Origin: Candidatus Tayloriibacteriota bacterium
Lineage (GTDB): Bacteria; Patescibacteriota; Minisyncoccia; Phycocordibacterales; PALSA-1337
DNA: 64,000 nucleotides
NCBI GenBank assembly: GCA_037129895.1
Contig: JBAXUB010000002.1
Location: forward strand, 463-64,462
Reading direction: 5' to 3'
The notes beneath the pieces are model-generated. The model had not been told where the DNA came from. It saw only the letters and a program-made list of their open reading frames with translations, and made no database searches. The position numbers were made by a program, and so were the translations under genes. This document shows, one piece after another, positions 37,954-48,148 of this stretch; position 1 is the first letter of the stretch, and the number at the start of each line of letters is the position of its first letter.

Positions 37954-39231
37954 TTATAGAAAAGTCAGAGCTTTTCCTTTCTTATCGCCTCTACCAGTTC
38001 TACCGATTCGGTGAACGTAGTCATCATAAGTAGCTGGGATATCGAAGTTGATAACGTGAGTAACGTCAGGGATATCTAGTCCACGTGCAGCAACGTCTGT
38101 TGCGACTAGGACCTGGACTGTACCTTCTTTGAATGAACGCAGTGCTTGCTGACGCTTGCCGTGATTCTTGTTACCGTGTATTGACTCAACCTTCAGACCT
38201 TTCTGTAACAACATTTGAGACAGCTTCTCAACACCGTGTTTGGTACGTCCGAATATGAGAACTCTACTGAAATCCTTTTGACTGAGCAAATCATGTAATA
38301 CATCAAATTTGTTCTTACCGAGCGCAACTTTCACTACGTCTTGATCAACGTTTTTCGATGTATCACCAGTTTTGACTGAAATCCTAACAGGCTCTTTCAA
38401 GAACTCTTTGATAAGTCTCTCGACTTCACTTGTGATAGTAGCTGAGAAAAATAGTGTATGTCTGTCCTTTGGCATGAGTGACATAACGAAACGCATATCT
38501 GCTACGAATCCCATGTCGAGCATTCTGTCAGCTTCATCTAGAACTATAGTCTTGAAATTGACGGGCTTCAGGATCTTGCGATCGATGAGATCCTTCAAAC
38601 GTCCAGGAGTACCGATAACGAAGTTATTGTGATATTTGAGAGCTCCAATCTGTTTACCGATGGACATACCACCGACGCAACAGACTGAAAACATCTTCAT
38701 GCCTTTTGCGAAAGCCTTGAATTCTGTGTCTATCTGTATAGCGAGCTCACGAGTTGGTACGATGATGAGCACCTGCTCCTTTGTAGGATTCTGTAATACT
38801 TTATTGATGAGAGGAATGAGGAATGCTGCCGTCTTGCCTGTACCCGTATTGGCTATACCTACTAGATCCTGACCTTTCAATATATGGGGAATAGACTTGT
38901 CTTGAATAGGTGTTGGCGTCGCATATCCTTTCGCAATAACACTAGCTTTCAATCTCGCATCTATAGCGAAATCATCGAACTTATGTTCAGGAACAAAATG
39001 TTCGACTTCCTCCGTTATAACCGCCTTATTAACGAATTTTGAAGGATGAATGAATTGTCCAACCATCGGTCCACGTGAGAAATTCCTCGGAGCACCTCCG
39101 CGACCTCCTCCGCCTCTACTACCGCCTCCACCCCCAGGACGAAAACCACCTGATCTTGCACCAGGGCTGAATGTTAGCGGAGCGCTACCTGACGGCCTAG
39201 ATGGTCGTCTATTGAATCTATTTGTATGCAT
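37954..39231 (-). CDS. DEAD-box RNA helicase
   Basis: Q motif, GTGKT, PTRELA, DEAD, SAT and HRIGRTGR; RG-rich N-terminus. Confidence 0.97.
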   Translation of the reverse strand: MHTNRFNRRPSRPSGSAPLTFSPGARSGGFRPGGGGGSRGGGGRGGAPRNFSRGPMVGQFIHPSKFVNKAVITEEVEHFVPEHKFDDFAIDARLKASVIAKGYATPTPIQDKSIPHILKGQDLVGIANTGTGKTAAFLIPLINKVLQNPTKEQVLIIVPTRELAIQIDTEFKAFAKGMKMFSVCCVGGMSIGKQIGALKYHNNFVIGTPGRLKDLIDRKILKPVNFKTIVLDEADRMLDMGFVADMRFVMSLMPKDRHTLFFSATITSEVERLIKEFLKEPVRISVKTGDTSKNVDQDVVKVALGKNKFDVLHDLLSQKDFSRVLIFGRTKHGVEKLSQMLLQKGLKVESIHGNKNHGKRQQALRSFKEGTVQVLVATDVAARGLDIPDVTHVINFDIPATYDDYVHRIGRTGRGDKKGKALTFL

Positions 39232-39483
39232 TATTTTTTCTAAAGGCGCTAGATTCGATGTGTTATATATAAGAGAAACTACCGTATTTAGTTGGTACTA
39301 TCATATACTAAATGCCTCGTTTTGTCAACCACACGCATCAACTCAACGTACATAACGACGCATTACTATTGACAACTTCTCACTTAAATTCTATTATAAT
39401 CTTTAGCTAGAACATTCAAATCATCGTTGAGTATTTGGCTATTTGGACGGTAAATTTGACAACCAATAAACAAAAAGGATCAT

Positions 39484-39927
39484 ATGCAGAAACAAAGCAC
39501 GGACACCTCATTCGAAGAGGCCATCCGCAAAATCTTTGTCGGCGAACGTGAGTGCCGACATATGCCGCAGGAACCCGTCGAAATGGGAGAGATCGAGTTG
39601 GGTGTGCTACAGAGCACAGTAGCCAAAGCACTCTATTCCCTGTCACAAGAGATGAGTAGCGGAGCGAGAAACTATATCGAAGGCCTACCCGACAAAGTTA
39701 CACCCGAGGAGAAGGCTGAACTGATACTTCAGATCGAAGCCAAGCTGCACAAGATCAAGAACCGAACATCGTGCGTCAGTAGTCTGTTCTGGGAATTGGT
39801 CTACAGTGAATTCCCCAAGTCCCGGTCGAAAAACGTCTCGATCGGCATCCGCGAGGGCTGGAAAGTTGTGATGTTCAAAAATTCCAACCCTATGGAAGAT
39901 TTCCTGAGAAACATGATGCAGGACTAA
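39484..39927 (+). CDS. Hypothetical protein
   Basis: Own promoter (TTGACA at 39369), AAGGA RBS, and terminator 39955-39985. Confidence 0.8.
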   Translation: MQKQSTDTSFEEAIRKIFVGERECRHMPQEPVEMGEIELGVLQSTVAKALYSLSQEMSSGARNYIEGLPDKVTPEEKAELILQIEAKLHKIKNRTSCVSSLFWELVYSEFPKSRSKNVSIGIREGWKVVMFKNSNPMEDFLRNMMQD

Positions 39928-40094
39928 TACTTGACCTCGAGTCAAGTCCACACAGGCGTCGCTATATTATATGCGGCGCTTTTTTATATCGATATCGCAC
40001 AAACCAGACCTGTGTTATAGTGAAAAAAGCAAGATTTCGATCTTTAACAAATACAGGAGTTCTCGCCTTTACGAGAACAGAATTGGAGAACTTT

Positions 40095-41519
40095 ATGACG
40101 AACATCATGAACTTACGAAAGATACGTATTGTCATGGGCGGAATGGGGTTTTATATCTCTACACTCATGGCAAACCTGGTTTCGAGATTGGGTGGACTTG
40201 GCACCGTTTCTGGTGTCGCACCTGAACTCATACTACCGATATTACTCGGCAAAGGCGATGTAGATGGAAGCTGTCGCAGAGCTCTGTCACATTTTCCATT
40301 TCCTCATATCGCACAGATGGTACTCGATGCATACTACATCGGAGCTGGAAACCCACTAGGCAAGAAACCTAGAGGAACTCCCTTCTTCGCAGTAGAGCCT
40401 AGTGAGATGGCAGCGGCTCTCAGTATATGCGGAAACTTCGTTTTCGTCTGGTTGGCAAAAGAAGGACATACGAATCCAGTAGCCATCAACTACCTGGAGA
40501 AGATATCCCTACCGATGCCGACGGCCATAACTGGAGCAATGCTCGCAGGAGTCGATGTCATCGTAGTTGGTGCGGGAATACCGAACCAGATACCTGATGT
40601 CATAGACGCAGTCAATGAGTGGCGCGAAGTTACCTATAGAGTTCCAGTAACCGGAAATATGGGTAGCTACACGGTCAAGTTTGACCCAACAAAGTTCCTT
40701 GGCGAGAGGCCAGAGAATTTGGCAAAACCACTATTCATGCCAATAGTTTCTTCCAATCTGCTCGCATGGGCATTGAAGAAAAAACTTGGAAACAGGATCG
40801 ATGGTTTCATCGTCGAAGAATCAACCGCTGGTGGGCACAACGCACCACCGAGAAGACATGGAGTAGATGCAACTGGTGAACCGATATACGACGATGCTGA
40901 TCAAGTTGATCATGCAAAGTTAGCTAGCCTCGGTATGCCTTTCTGGATCGGCGGTTCGAAAGCCTCTCCAGAAGGTTTGGAACTGGCACTGAATAAAGGC
41001 GCCTGTGGTATCCAAGTCGGTACCGCACTAGCCTTGTGTGAAGAGTCTGGCTTGAGAGCCAATATTCGCAAAGAAGTCAGGAGACTGGCCTTCCGAGGTG
41101 AACTCTCAGTCAGGGCTAGTTTACAAGCTTCACCTACAGGTTTTCCATTCCAAGTCGCTGATTTGGAAGGATCACTATCAAGGTCTGAAGTCTTGTCATC
41201 CGTAGAACGAAATTGTATATACGGCGTTCTACGTGAACTTTACGAGAAACCTGACGGTTCAGTGGGCTACAGGTGTTCAGCTGGTCCGATCGACAAATTC
41301 ATCGAAAGTGGTGGGGATGTCTGTGCCACTAACTCCAGTTGCTTGTGTGCTGGGCTCATGCAGGTTTCATGCCTCGGTGATGGTAGTTATCCACCTATCG
41401 TGACCTTGGGTAAAGATGCGATACGTATCGCTCAAACACTCATGAAGAATGAGGACGACGTGATCCACGTGCAAGATGTATTCAACTATATTCTGGCGCA
41501 ATCGGTAAAGTCCGAGTAG
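40095..41519 (+). CDS. Nitronate monooxygenase (2-nitropropane dioxygenase) family flavoprotein
   Basis: GGMG, GAGIP, AGGHN, GIQVGT and SPTGFPF motifs; GGAG RBS before the ATG at 40095. Confidence 0.9.
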   Translation: MTNIMNLRKIRIVMGGMGFYISTLMANLVSRLGGLGTVSGVAPELILPILLGKGDVDGSCRRALSHFPFPHIAQMVLDAYYIGAGNPLGKKPRGTPFFAVEPSEMAAALSICGNFVFVWLAKEGHTNPVAINYLEKISLPMPTAITGAMLAGVDVIVVGAGIPNQIPDVIDAVNEWREVTYRVPVTGNMGSYTVKFDPTKFLGERPENLAKPLFMPIVSSNLLAWALKKKLGNRIDGFIVEESTAGGHNAPPRRHGVDATGEPIYDDADQVDHAKLASLGMPFWIGGSKASPEGLELALNKGACGIQVGTALALCEESGLRANIRKEVRRLAFRGELSVRASLQASPTGFPFQVADLEGSLSRSEVLSSVERNCIYGVLRELYEKPDGSVGYRCSAGPIDKFIESGGDVCATNSSCLCAGLMQVSCLGDGSYPPIVTLGKDAIRIAQTLMKNEDDVIHVQDVFNYILAQSVKSE

Positions 41520-41564
41520 AAATACAAAGACGCCGAATGACTATGAATATCGCTGTTCACACAC

Positions 41565-41593
41565 ACCGCCGAGAAATATTTCGGCGGTTTTTT
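41565..41593 (+). terminator. Rho-independent terminator
   Basis: ACCGCCGA...TCGGCGGT plus T-run. Confidence 0.8.
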
Positions 41594-41690
41594 ATACAAA
41601 TATTTGTTGAATCATTAATTACAAAAAAGGCCCACACAAGTGCAGGCCCGATCGACTACAAAACAAGATGAACTGGGGCTCGGACCCAAC

Positions 41691-42050
41691 TCAGGAATCA
41701 GGATAGAAATGTACGAAATCATGATGAGTCCGGTCAGGTCCCGGTAACCAAACAGCCAAGCAATGATTGCCCAAACTATCACGCCCGCGTGAATTGCCAT
41801 CAGGAAAACAAACTGGTTTATCCCAGATCGCGGATAACTCACGTTCTGACTGCCGAACGATCAGTGCGAAATCTTCTGGAGCAACACCCTGAGGGCATTT
41901 GATATAACAAACATTCCATTTGTTACGATGAACGACACTGACGTGACCAAAAACTGGTATTCGCGGATATGCCGAAATGAGATTATCGAACAGCATTTCC
42001 TCCAAGACCAAAGGATCATTGGTTGGTCGGACTACAGGCTCAGTATTCAT
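41691..42050 (-). CDS. Hypothetical protein
   Basis: 119-aa ORF with upstream TTGACT and a downstream hairpin plus T-run (41623-41648). Confidence 0.6.
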   Translation of the reverse strand: MNTEPVVRPTNDPLVLEEMLFDNLISAYPRIPVFGHVSVVHRNKWNVCYIKCPQGVAPEDFALIVRQSERELSAIWDKPVCFPDGNSRGRDSLGNHCLAVWLPGPDRTHHDFVHFYPDS

Positions 42051-42174
42051 TTTATTAGTATTTTTTTACTGAAACAAATTGCGCATTCACCATGTATACT
42101 ATGGACGCGCGCAAAATCTATAGTCAATACTACTCCGAACTAGGTTCGAGTCAATCGATTGACGCATCAATATT

Positions 42175-42780
42175 CTACTTTTTCTTCGTGTTCTTCTTCC
42201 TAGCCAACAGCCATTTTGGTGGTTTTGTGAAAGTTATGGATTCCCAATGGCATATTTCTTCATCGGTAAAATCATAGAGCAATTGATAGACTGGCTCAAC
42301 ACTGCCGTGCATGACTTCATCCCAATTCAGATCCAATTCCTTGGCAACAGCTCTCACAACCTTTTCTGATGGGCCCTCCAATTCGACGACAGTTGGTACC
42401 CACGGCCATGTATCTATCGTTATCTCAACTTTCTTGTAGAACCACTTTTCCCTTTTTGTTTCTTGATATGATTTCGGTACAAGTCCTACATGTTCCATCA
42501 ATTTACATGTATCTTCGAAATGAGTGACATTCACTGTGAGCTCACTAGTCCCATGAAGTGACCTATCCTTCAATTGTTTGTAACTCAATGTGATTTTGTC
42601 ACCCTCATCACGGACCCTAACCCATGCACCTTTGCTACCCAATGCCCCACCAGGAAGATCGAATGTCTTCCTTTTCATTGATAATTCAGGATGGCCTAAC
42701 TTGGCACCTAACTTTTTCAATTTGGCACGAAACTTTTTTGCATCGATATTAGGGAATTTTGCTTCTATTTCTGTTTGCAT
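42175..42780 (-). CDS. CYTH domain (class IV adenylate cyclase-like) protein
   Basis: EIEAKF, WVRVR, LSYK and VELEG motifs. Confidence 0.92.
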   Translation of the reverse strand: MQTEIEAKFPNIDAKKFRAKLKKLGAKLGHPELSMKRKTFDLPGGALGSKGAWVRVRDEGDKITLSYKQLKDRSLHGTSELTVNVTHFEDTCKLMEHVGLVPKSYQETKREKWFYKKVEITIDTWPWVPTVVELEGPSEKVVRAVAKELDLNWDEVMHGSVEPVYQLLYDFTDEEICHWESITFTKPPKWLLARKKNTKKK

Positions 42781-42816
42781 GGGGATATTATATTAGGTTA
42801 ATAATTTGTAGAAATC

Positions 42817-43065
42817 TTACCCCTTTTCGTTGATTAAATCCAACTTCTTGTCACGTTTCCAACTCTTGATCTCAATCTCTCTTTTCAGAGCCTCACTCTT
42901 GGTATCAAATTTTTCGTTATATACCAAAGTTACCGGTCTCCTAATCTTTGTATAATGAGCGCCAGATTTTGAGTTATTGTGACGATATATGCGGCCTTCT
43001 AGATCATTGGTACTACCAACATAGAGTGTATCGTCAACACATTTTAGAATGTATATGTAATACAT
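42817..43065 (-). CDS. GIY-YIG nuclease (UPF0213-like)
   Basis: YYIYIL...LYVGST...R...HN...ALKREIEIK. Confidence 0.92.
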   Translation of the reverse strand: MYYIYILKCVDDTLYVGSTNDLEGRIYRHNNSKSGAHYTKIRRPVTLVYNEKFDTKSEALKREIEIKSWKRDKKLDLINEKG

Positions 43066-43133
43066 CTATAGAGTCTAGCATGCGGGAAAATGCGTTCCCA
43101 CCATCTTCAATAATTTTTTAAATGAGACTACTC

Positions 43134-44447
43134 TTAATAGCGCAAGAAGTCTTCACTCATCTTTGTTATGACGTTATCCTCAAAATTGTAAAGTCTGACA
43201 TATGTCTGCGAAGTCGTAGCAGCATCTTGTGGTGTTATAACGACAAAATTCATAGTCGTCAATTTTGGATTCTTGTCAATCCATGTCCCAGAGTTTGCAT
43301 AAATTGATTTTTGCCCTTGGGAATTGAGAGATGGAATGATTTTTGCATCATGAGTATGTCCGAAAATAACGATCCTTTTGTCAGACTTAGGATTCATGAA
43401 ATACTGTGCTTTTGCCTGATTATCAGTCTCTTCTGCGACAGAAGCCCTCTCAATAGCTTGAGCTACGGGAATATTTACAGGCACTTTGTTCAGAATCTGT
43501 CTCTTGTTCCATGTATCCTGAATTCCTCTATATAATTTTAGATCTAGTTTTCCACCAGATATTTGCTGGTAAGGCACCAGATCATTGACTGAATATTTCC
43601 CTGTGAACCCGTCAACGTCCGTTACTATGACCTTCTCACCGAGATTTTCCTTTATCGGCAGATAATTCATCGCCCATTCCCAGAGTTTCCAATAACCGAA
43701 CAACAAACTTTGGCTATTATCGCCAGAAACATTTGGTGTAACTATTCGCATAGCTTCGCCCGGTTGCGTGGCTTTTTCTATCATATGCAGAGCGGCTATT
43801 CTCGTAAAGAAATATCCCGGGGGCATTATCGTCCCAGGCGCAATATCCTGGTTGGAGATCGGGTCCGGCGCACAGAAGAAATTGTAACGATGACCGTGCT
43901 CAATAGCTATCTTTGGAAATTCGGCCGGTGAGTAAGTACCCAGGCCTTGCTCCTTATCTCGCGCCTGATGTATTCCTGGGAGGATGAGATCTACATTATC
44001 CGCAGTTATCGTGAGATCATGGTTTCCAGGAACATAAGTGAGTTGAATCTTTCCAGACTTGATAATGTCATTAAAACCATCGATAACACCCTTGTTGGTT
44101 GTCGCGATACGTTGTACAAAATCACGCTGGTCCTTTCCAGCGTAAGTATTTACCGGAGCTGGTACATACCACTCATCCAGCAAATCTCCAGCGATAACGA
44201 GCTCCTTCACGTTTGACGAATCTTTTATCTGTTTAAGTAATTTTTCTAGAGAGGGAGTATTTTTGTTAAATTCGGCATAAGCGAGATCGGCACCAAGATG
44301 GAGATCACTCAAAACTACTACCATATTCCTCTCCTTTCCAGCATTATTGAAAGGGTTTGTCGAACTACCCACATCTGATCTGTTGTATATTGCAAATGCA
44401 ATAAAAAACGCCGCAATTATGATGACGATTGTATAAAATATTTTCAT
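43134..44447 (-). CDS. Exported calcineurin-like metallophosphoesterase
   Basis: SDLHLG, GDLLD, GNHD, EHGH and FGHTH motifs. Confidence 0.92.
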   Translation of the reverse strand: MKIFYTIVIIIAAFFIAFAIYNRSDVGSSTNPFNNAGKERNMVVVLSDLHLGADLAYAEFNKNTPSLEKLLKQIKDSSNVKELVIAGDLLDEWYVPAPVNTYAGKDQRDFVQRIATTNKGVIDGFNDIIKSGKIQLTYVPGNHDLTITADNVDLILPGIHQARDKEQGLGTYSPAEFPKIAIEHGHRYNFFCAPDPISNQDIAPGTIMPPGYFFTRIAALHMIEKATQPGEAMRIVTPNVSGDNSQSLLFGYWKLWEWAMNYLPIKENLGEKVIVTDVDGFTGKYSVNDLVPYQQISGGKLDLKLYRGIQDTWNKRQILNKVPVNIPVAQAIERASVAEETDNQAKAQYFMNPKSDKRIVIFGHTHDAKIIPSLNSQGQKSIYANSGTWIDKNPKLTTMNFVVITPQDAATTSQTYVRLYNFEDNVITKMSEDFLRY

Positions 44448-44575
44448 GATATTAAGCTATTGCATTTATTAAAAACTGATAAATATTGATACTACAATAT
44501 CATTATTTGCAAGTGCTTACAATGACTTGGTTCAACATATGATACACATCAGTCATACAATACTAAATTTATTTG

Positions 44576-44646
44576 CTGGGGGACAGGGACTCGAACCCCG
44601 ATACTGGGCTTCAAAGGCCCATGTCCTACCATTAGACGATCCCCCA
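44576..44646 (-). tRNA. tRNA-Gln (TTG)
   Basis: Cloverleaf TGGGGGA/TCCCCCA, anticodon loop CTTTGAA, TTCGAGT; CCA not encoded. Confidence 0.97.
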
Positions 44647-44764
44647 ATATTCAACTATTCCCTTTATCCAGCCCGTAATCTTACGATTTAGGTCTGAACT
44701 TGCTCTTATATTAACCCGCAAAAGGCCAATATACAAGCTTCTGTTATATATCAATTTATGACTG

Positions 44765-45784
44765 CTACCCTCCGCAGACCTCCACAACAGCCAATTCCAG
44801 CGGTAATTGCTCGATTTGAGCTCTGCCAGTACCTTCTGCTGCATCTAGCATCTTTATGAGCATAGCGGGTGTCAGTAACTTCTTCGCGGCTTGAGTCTCT
44901 ATGAATTCCCAATCATCAGGTGATACACGATCCTTTATACTCTCCTTGGATGATGCGGAATGTTGCAATAATAGTATGAATCGCATCTTTTCTAATATGA
45001 GCGTCACGAACATGGTCATGGAGACACCAGCTCTTTCAGCATCACTGACACATTTCAATGCCTCATTGGAATTCTTGGCTGTAAGAGCCGCTATAAAAAC
45101 ATTCACAAGTCCCGCCCTCGGTGCTCCTGTTATATTCTCCACCTCTTCCCTGCTAATCTTTTTGTCCGGAGACGAAGAAATTACTTTCTCTAACATTCCT
45201 AGTGCATCTCTGAATGACCCATCACCGAGTAGGGCGATGAGATCAGCGGCACCCGAATCGAGTTCATAACCCTCTTTCTTGGCGATTCCGGCCACTTGTT
45301 TTCGTACTATATCTCTCGCTGGCTTTCTGAATGTAAATGTCTGACATCTAGATATTATCGTATCTGGCACTTTGTCTAGTTCGGTAGTAGCCAATATGAA
45401 TATGACATGCTTTGGCGGCTCCTCCAGAGTCTTCAGTAACGCATTCCATGCGTCTTTTGATAGCATGTGCACCTCATCGATGATATATACCTTATATATA
45501 GAAGAAAACGGAGAAACAGATACATGCTCTCGAAGTTCACGTATATCATCAATACCTCGATTGGAAGCAGCATCGATCTCGTAGACATCTTCATCTTTGG
45601 TACCGAGACATTTTGCTAGAATTCTCGCAACACTAGTCTTACCTGTTCCCCTAGACCCAGAGAAAAGATACGCATGCGAAACATGTTTGTTCTCTATGGA
45701 ATCTTTGAGGGCACTCACTATATGGTCTTGTCCGACAACTTCTGACCATTTACCCGGTCGATATGTTCGATATAAAACTGGCAT
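44765..45784 (-). CDS. dnaX: DNA polymerase III subunit gamma/tau
   Basis: LYRTYRP, GSRGTGKTS, EIDAASN, IIDEVHML and SRC motifs. Confidence 0.97.
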   Translation of the reverse strand: MPVLYRTYRPGKWSEVVGQDHIVSALKDSIENKHVSHAYLFSGSRGTGKTSVARILAKCLGTKDEDVYEIDAASNRGIDDIRELREHVSVSPFSSIYKVYIIDEVHMLSKDAWNALLKTLEEPPKHVIFILATTELDKVPDTIISRCQTFTFRKPARDIVRKQVAGIAKKEGYELDSGAADLIALLGDGSFRDALGMLEKVISSSPDKKISREEVENITGAPRAGLVNVFIAALTAKNSNEALKCVSDAERAGVSMTMFVTLILEKMRFILLLQHSASSKESIKDRVSPDDWEFIETQAAKKLLTPAMLIKMLDAAEGTGRAQIEQLPLELAVVEVCGG

Positions 45785-45884
45785 AGTGTAAGTATAAGGT
45801 ATTAAGTATAAAGAATAAAGTAATAATATAGAAAAAGACCCTTGGGGATGTAACCCAAGAGTCTTATAATCAAATGCTTACTGA

Positions 45885-46664
45885 TTAGATAACCCAACGC
45901 TCGGCAACCGCGATCTGGGCAAACTTCAGAAGCTCAGAAGGAGTCAGGCTATGTTTACGGAGCACTCGTTGTGCCTTTTTAACGGCAGGAGCAATTGGAT
46001 TCCAGTTAAAGAATTTCCCATCCTTTGAACTAAAACCTTTTTTGACGAGATCCTGTCGTAGAGCAATGAAGAATCGCTTGCGACTCTCGAAGAAACGCCG
46101 AGGAGAGATATTGGGTGCTTCTTCTGCAATGTTGAGTGGGTCGAATTGGATCAGATCACGAACTGTTTTCGTTTCCGCTCCCTCATCAGTCCACCCCAGA
46201 CAACGAGTAAACCCTCGACATTCGCGTTTATCCAACGTAGGAAAGATTTCCTTTGCTGGCAGGTTGAGAATCGCTGGTTTCGAGAGATGAACCAGAAGCT
46301 CATCGTGCGGCACGAGTGCAGGCCAGTCGTCAGGGGTCAGACCTAATTTGAGAAGCATTTTCTTGAACTCCTCAATCGGTTCCTTTCCCAATCCGTTGAC
46401 ACCATAATTCGTATGGGTTCGCGCGTGAACAAAACGATATGGATAGTTCCGAATCAGACAACCGACGGTTTGTATATGCTTATCCGTCTGTGCATGAAAG
46501 GCTCTACTCGTTTCATCGCCAGGTATTTCAATCATTTCTTTCCGAATTGGCACCATATCCTGCAGCCATTCTCGTTCCTTTCTCGCAGCCCAATTAGTGA
46601 GCGACCTAATGCCGAAGCTCGAAAGCTTTCGGCACAAAAGGTAATATTTTTCATGATTCTTCAT
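45885..46664 (-). CDS. Hypothetical protein with two RNA polymerase alpha-CTD-like repeats
   Basis: SRAFHA...IQTVGCLI...NGLGKEPIEEFKKMLLKLGL and TRCL...KTVRDLIQ...PNISPR. Own promoter (46739-46768) and terminator (45832-45865). Confidence 0.6.
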   Translation of the reverse strand: MKNHEKYYLLCRKLSSFGIRSLTNWAARKEREWLQDMVPIRKEMIEIPGDETSRAFHAQTDKHIQTVGCLIRNYPYRFVHARTHTNYGVNGLGKEPIEEFKKMLLKLGLTPDDWPALVPHDELLVHLSKPAILNLPAKEIFPTLDKRECRGFTRCLGWTDEGAETKTVRDLIQFDPLNIAEEAPNISPRRFFESRKRFFIALRQDLVKKGFSSKDGKFFNWNPIAPAVKKAQRVLRKHSLTPSELLKFAQIAVAERWVI

Positions 46665-46827
46665 TGCAATCCTTCACTGGTGTATTGTTTTGGCACACCT
46701 ATTTAAAGCCTTAAAATTTAATGTTCTTACTAACTAGTATTATACACTACTAGTAACCTAGCTGTCAATAGCTATATAATCTCACAATTCAAACAAAAAT
46801 AGGCCCTATAATTAGGAATACCGATAG

Positions 46828-46995
46828 AAAAAGAAAAAGGCGCGTCCCCAAGGATAGGAAGGGACGCGCCTGCAGCACCGCTCCGTTCCCAGGCAAGTGT
46901 ACGTACCGGGGAGGACCGAAGTCCGGATGAACTGGAGGAGGTATAACCAACTCATCGAGGAGGAGCTGCAAAATCAAAATTGGAAGAACTGATGC
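46828..46995 (-). ncRNA. Candidate small structured RNA with terminator
   Basis: Closing stem TGCAGC/GCTGCA around three hairpins including GGAC-TTCG-GTCC, then a 10-bp GC hairpin plus T-run. Confidence 0.65.
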
Positions 46996-47018
46996 CTGTG
47001 CGATATATTACATTATTA

Positions 47019-48065
47019 TTACTTATTAGCAAGTAGGTACTCCTTTATGACCACACCCACTTCCCTAGCATTGGTCGTTTCCATCAACTTGCCACGCAAT
47101 ACTTTTGCACCATCCCAGCCAGAAGCATATGCTTTGAAGTGCTTTTTCATGACATTGAAACTCTTCAAATGTTTCTTGCCACAATATGTCTTGTCGAACA
47201 ATTTTGTATGTTCAAGTAGGATCTTGAGCTTTTCTTCCGGTGTCCTATCGATCGCCCGTGCTTTCACGATCTTTTTCGAACTTTTCTTTCCTTTTTCGAA
47301 AAACCACGGCTTACCGAATATTCCTCTACCTATCATCACTCCATCACAACCATATTTGGACGCGTACTCGCGAGCCTGATCGAGAGATTGCACATCACCA
47401 TTACCAATAATCAATGTACTAGGACTTATCCGATCACGCATTTTGACGATTTCAGGCATGAGATCCCAGTGCGCAGGTACTTCTGACATTTCCTTCTTTG
47501 TACGCAGATGGACCGTGAGTGCTGGAAGATCCTGCTTCAATAACGATTCGATCCACGATAGATCGATAGTATTGAAACCAATCCTGGTTTTGACAGAAAC
47601 TGCTACATGACTCATCGATACCCCTTCTCTAGCCGCTTCCAATACAGCCAATGCAGTCTTCTGATTTTTCATGAGGGCTGAGCCACCACCTTGTTTGACA
47701 ACGGCTCTATCTGGACAGCCCATATTGATATCCAAACCATCGAAACTGAGCTTGGCAACCAACTTTGCGGCAGCTTTCATCTCATCTGGATGACCTGTGA
47801 ATAGTTGAGCGACTATAGGTCTTTCCTTCTCTGAATATACCAGATCTACGAGAAGTCTTTTTTGACCAGCAGAATTCAGTCCATCCGCGGAAACGAATTC
47901 CGTCCACATTACATCGGGCTTGCCATATTTTGGGAATAGTTTACGAAAAACCGAATCCGTGACATTGGCCATCGGAGCAATCACAAAAAATGGTCTTGGC
48001 AATTTGGACCAAAATGTCTGTTTCTCAATCTGTTGATCTTTAGGCATGTCGCGACGTTTCGTCAT
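47019..48065 (-). CDS. dusB: tRNA-dihydrouridine synthase
   Basis: APMANVTD, TEFVS, DINMGCP, NGD and GVMIGRG motifs; subfamily assignment tentative. Confidence 0.93.
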   Translation of the reverse strand: MTKRRDMPKDQQIEKQTFWSKLPRPFFVIAPMANVTDSVFRKLFPKYGKPDVMWTEFVSADGLNSAGQKRLLVDLVYSEKERPIVAQLFTGHPDEMKAAAKLVAKLSFDGLDINMGCPDRAVVKQGGGSALMKNQKTALAVLEAAREGVSMSHVAVSVKTRIGFNTIDLSWIESLLKQDLPALTVHLRTKKEMSEVPAHWDLMPEIVKMRDRISPSTLIIGNGDVQSLDQAREYASKYGCDGVMIGRGIFGKPWFFEKGKKSSKKIVKARAIDRTPEEKLKILLEHTKLFDKTYCGKKHLKSFNVMKKHFKAYASGWDGAKVLRGKLMETTNAREVGVVIKEYLLANK

Positions 48066-48148
48066 AACGCGACTTTACCATGTATTTGACATTCATTCAA
48101 ATTTCTAACATATATTACAATCCATTTTGTAACATACTCATATACCTA

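Noticed and set aside
45788-45830. Short AT-rich heptamer-like repeats (also near 1270 and 51430)
   Set aside because: Degenerate low-complexity spacer repeats with no clear function.
46828-46995. SRP RNA (ffs), suggested by proximity to dnaX
   Set aside because: No helix-8 motif (CAGG...GNRA...AGCAG) seen on either strand; kept as an unassigned ncRNA.
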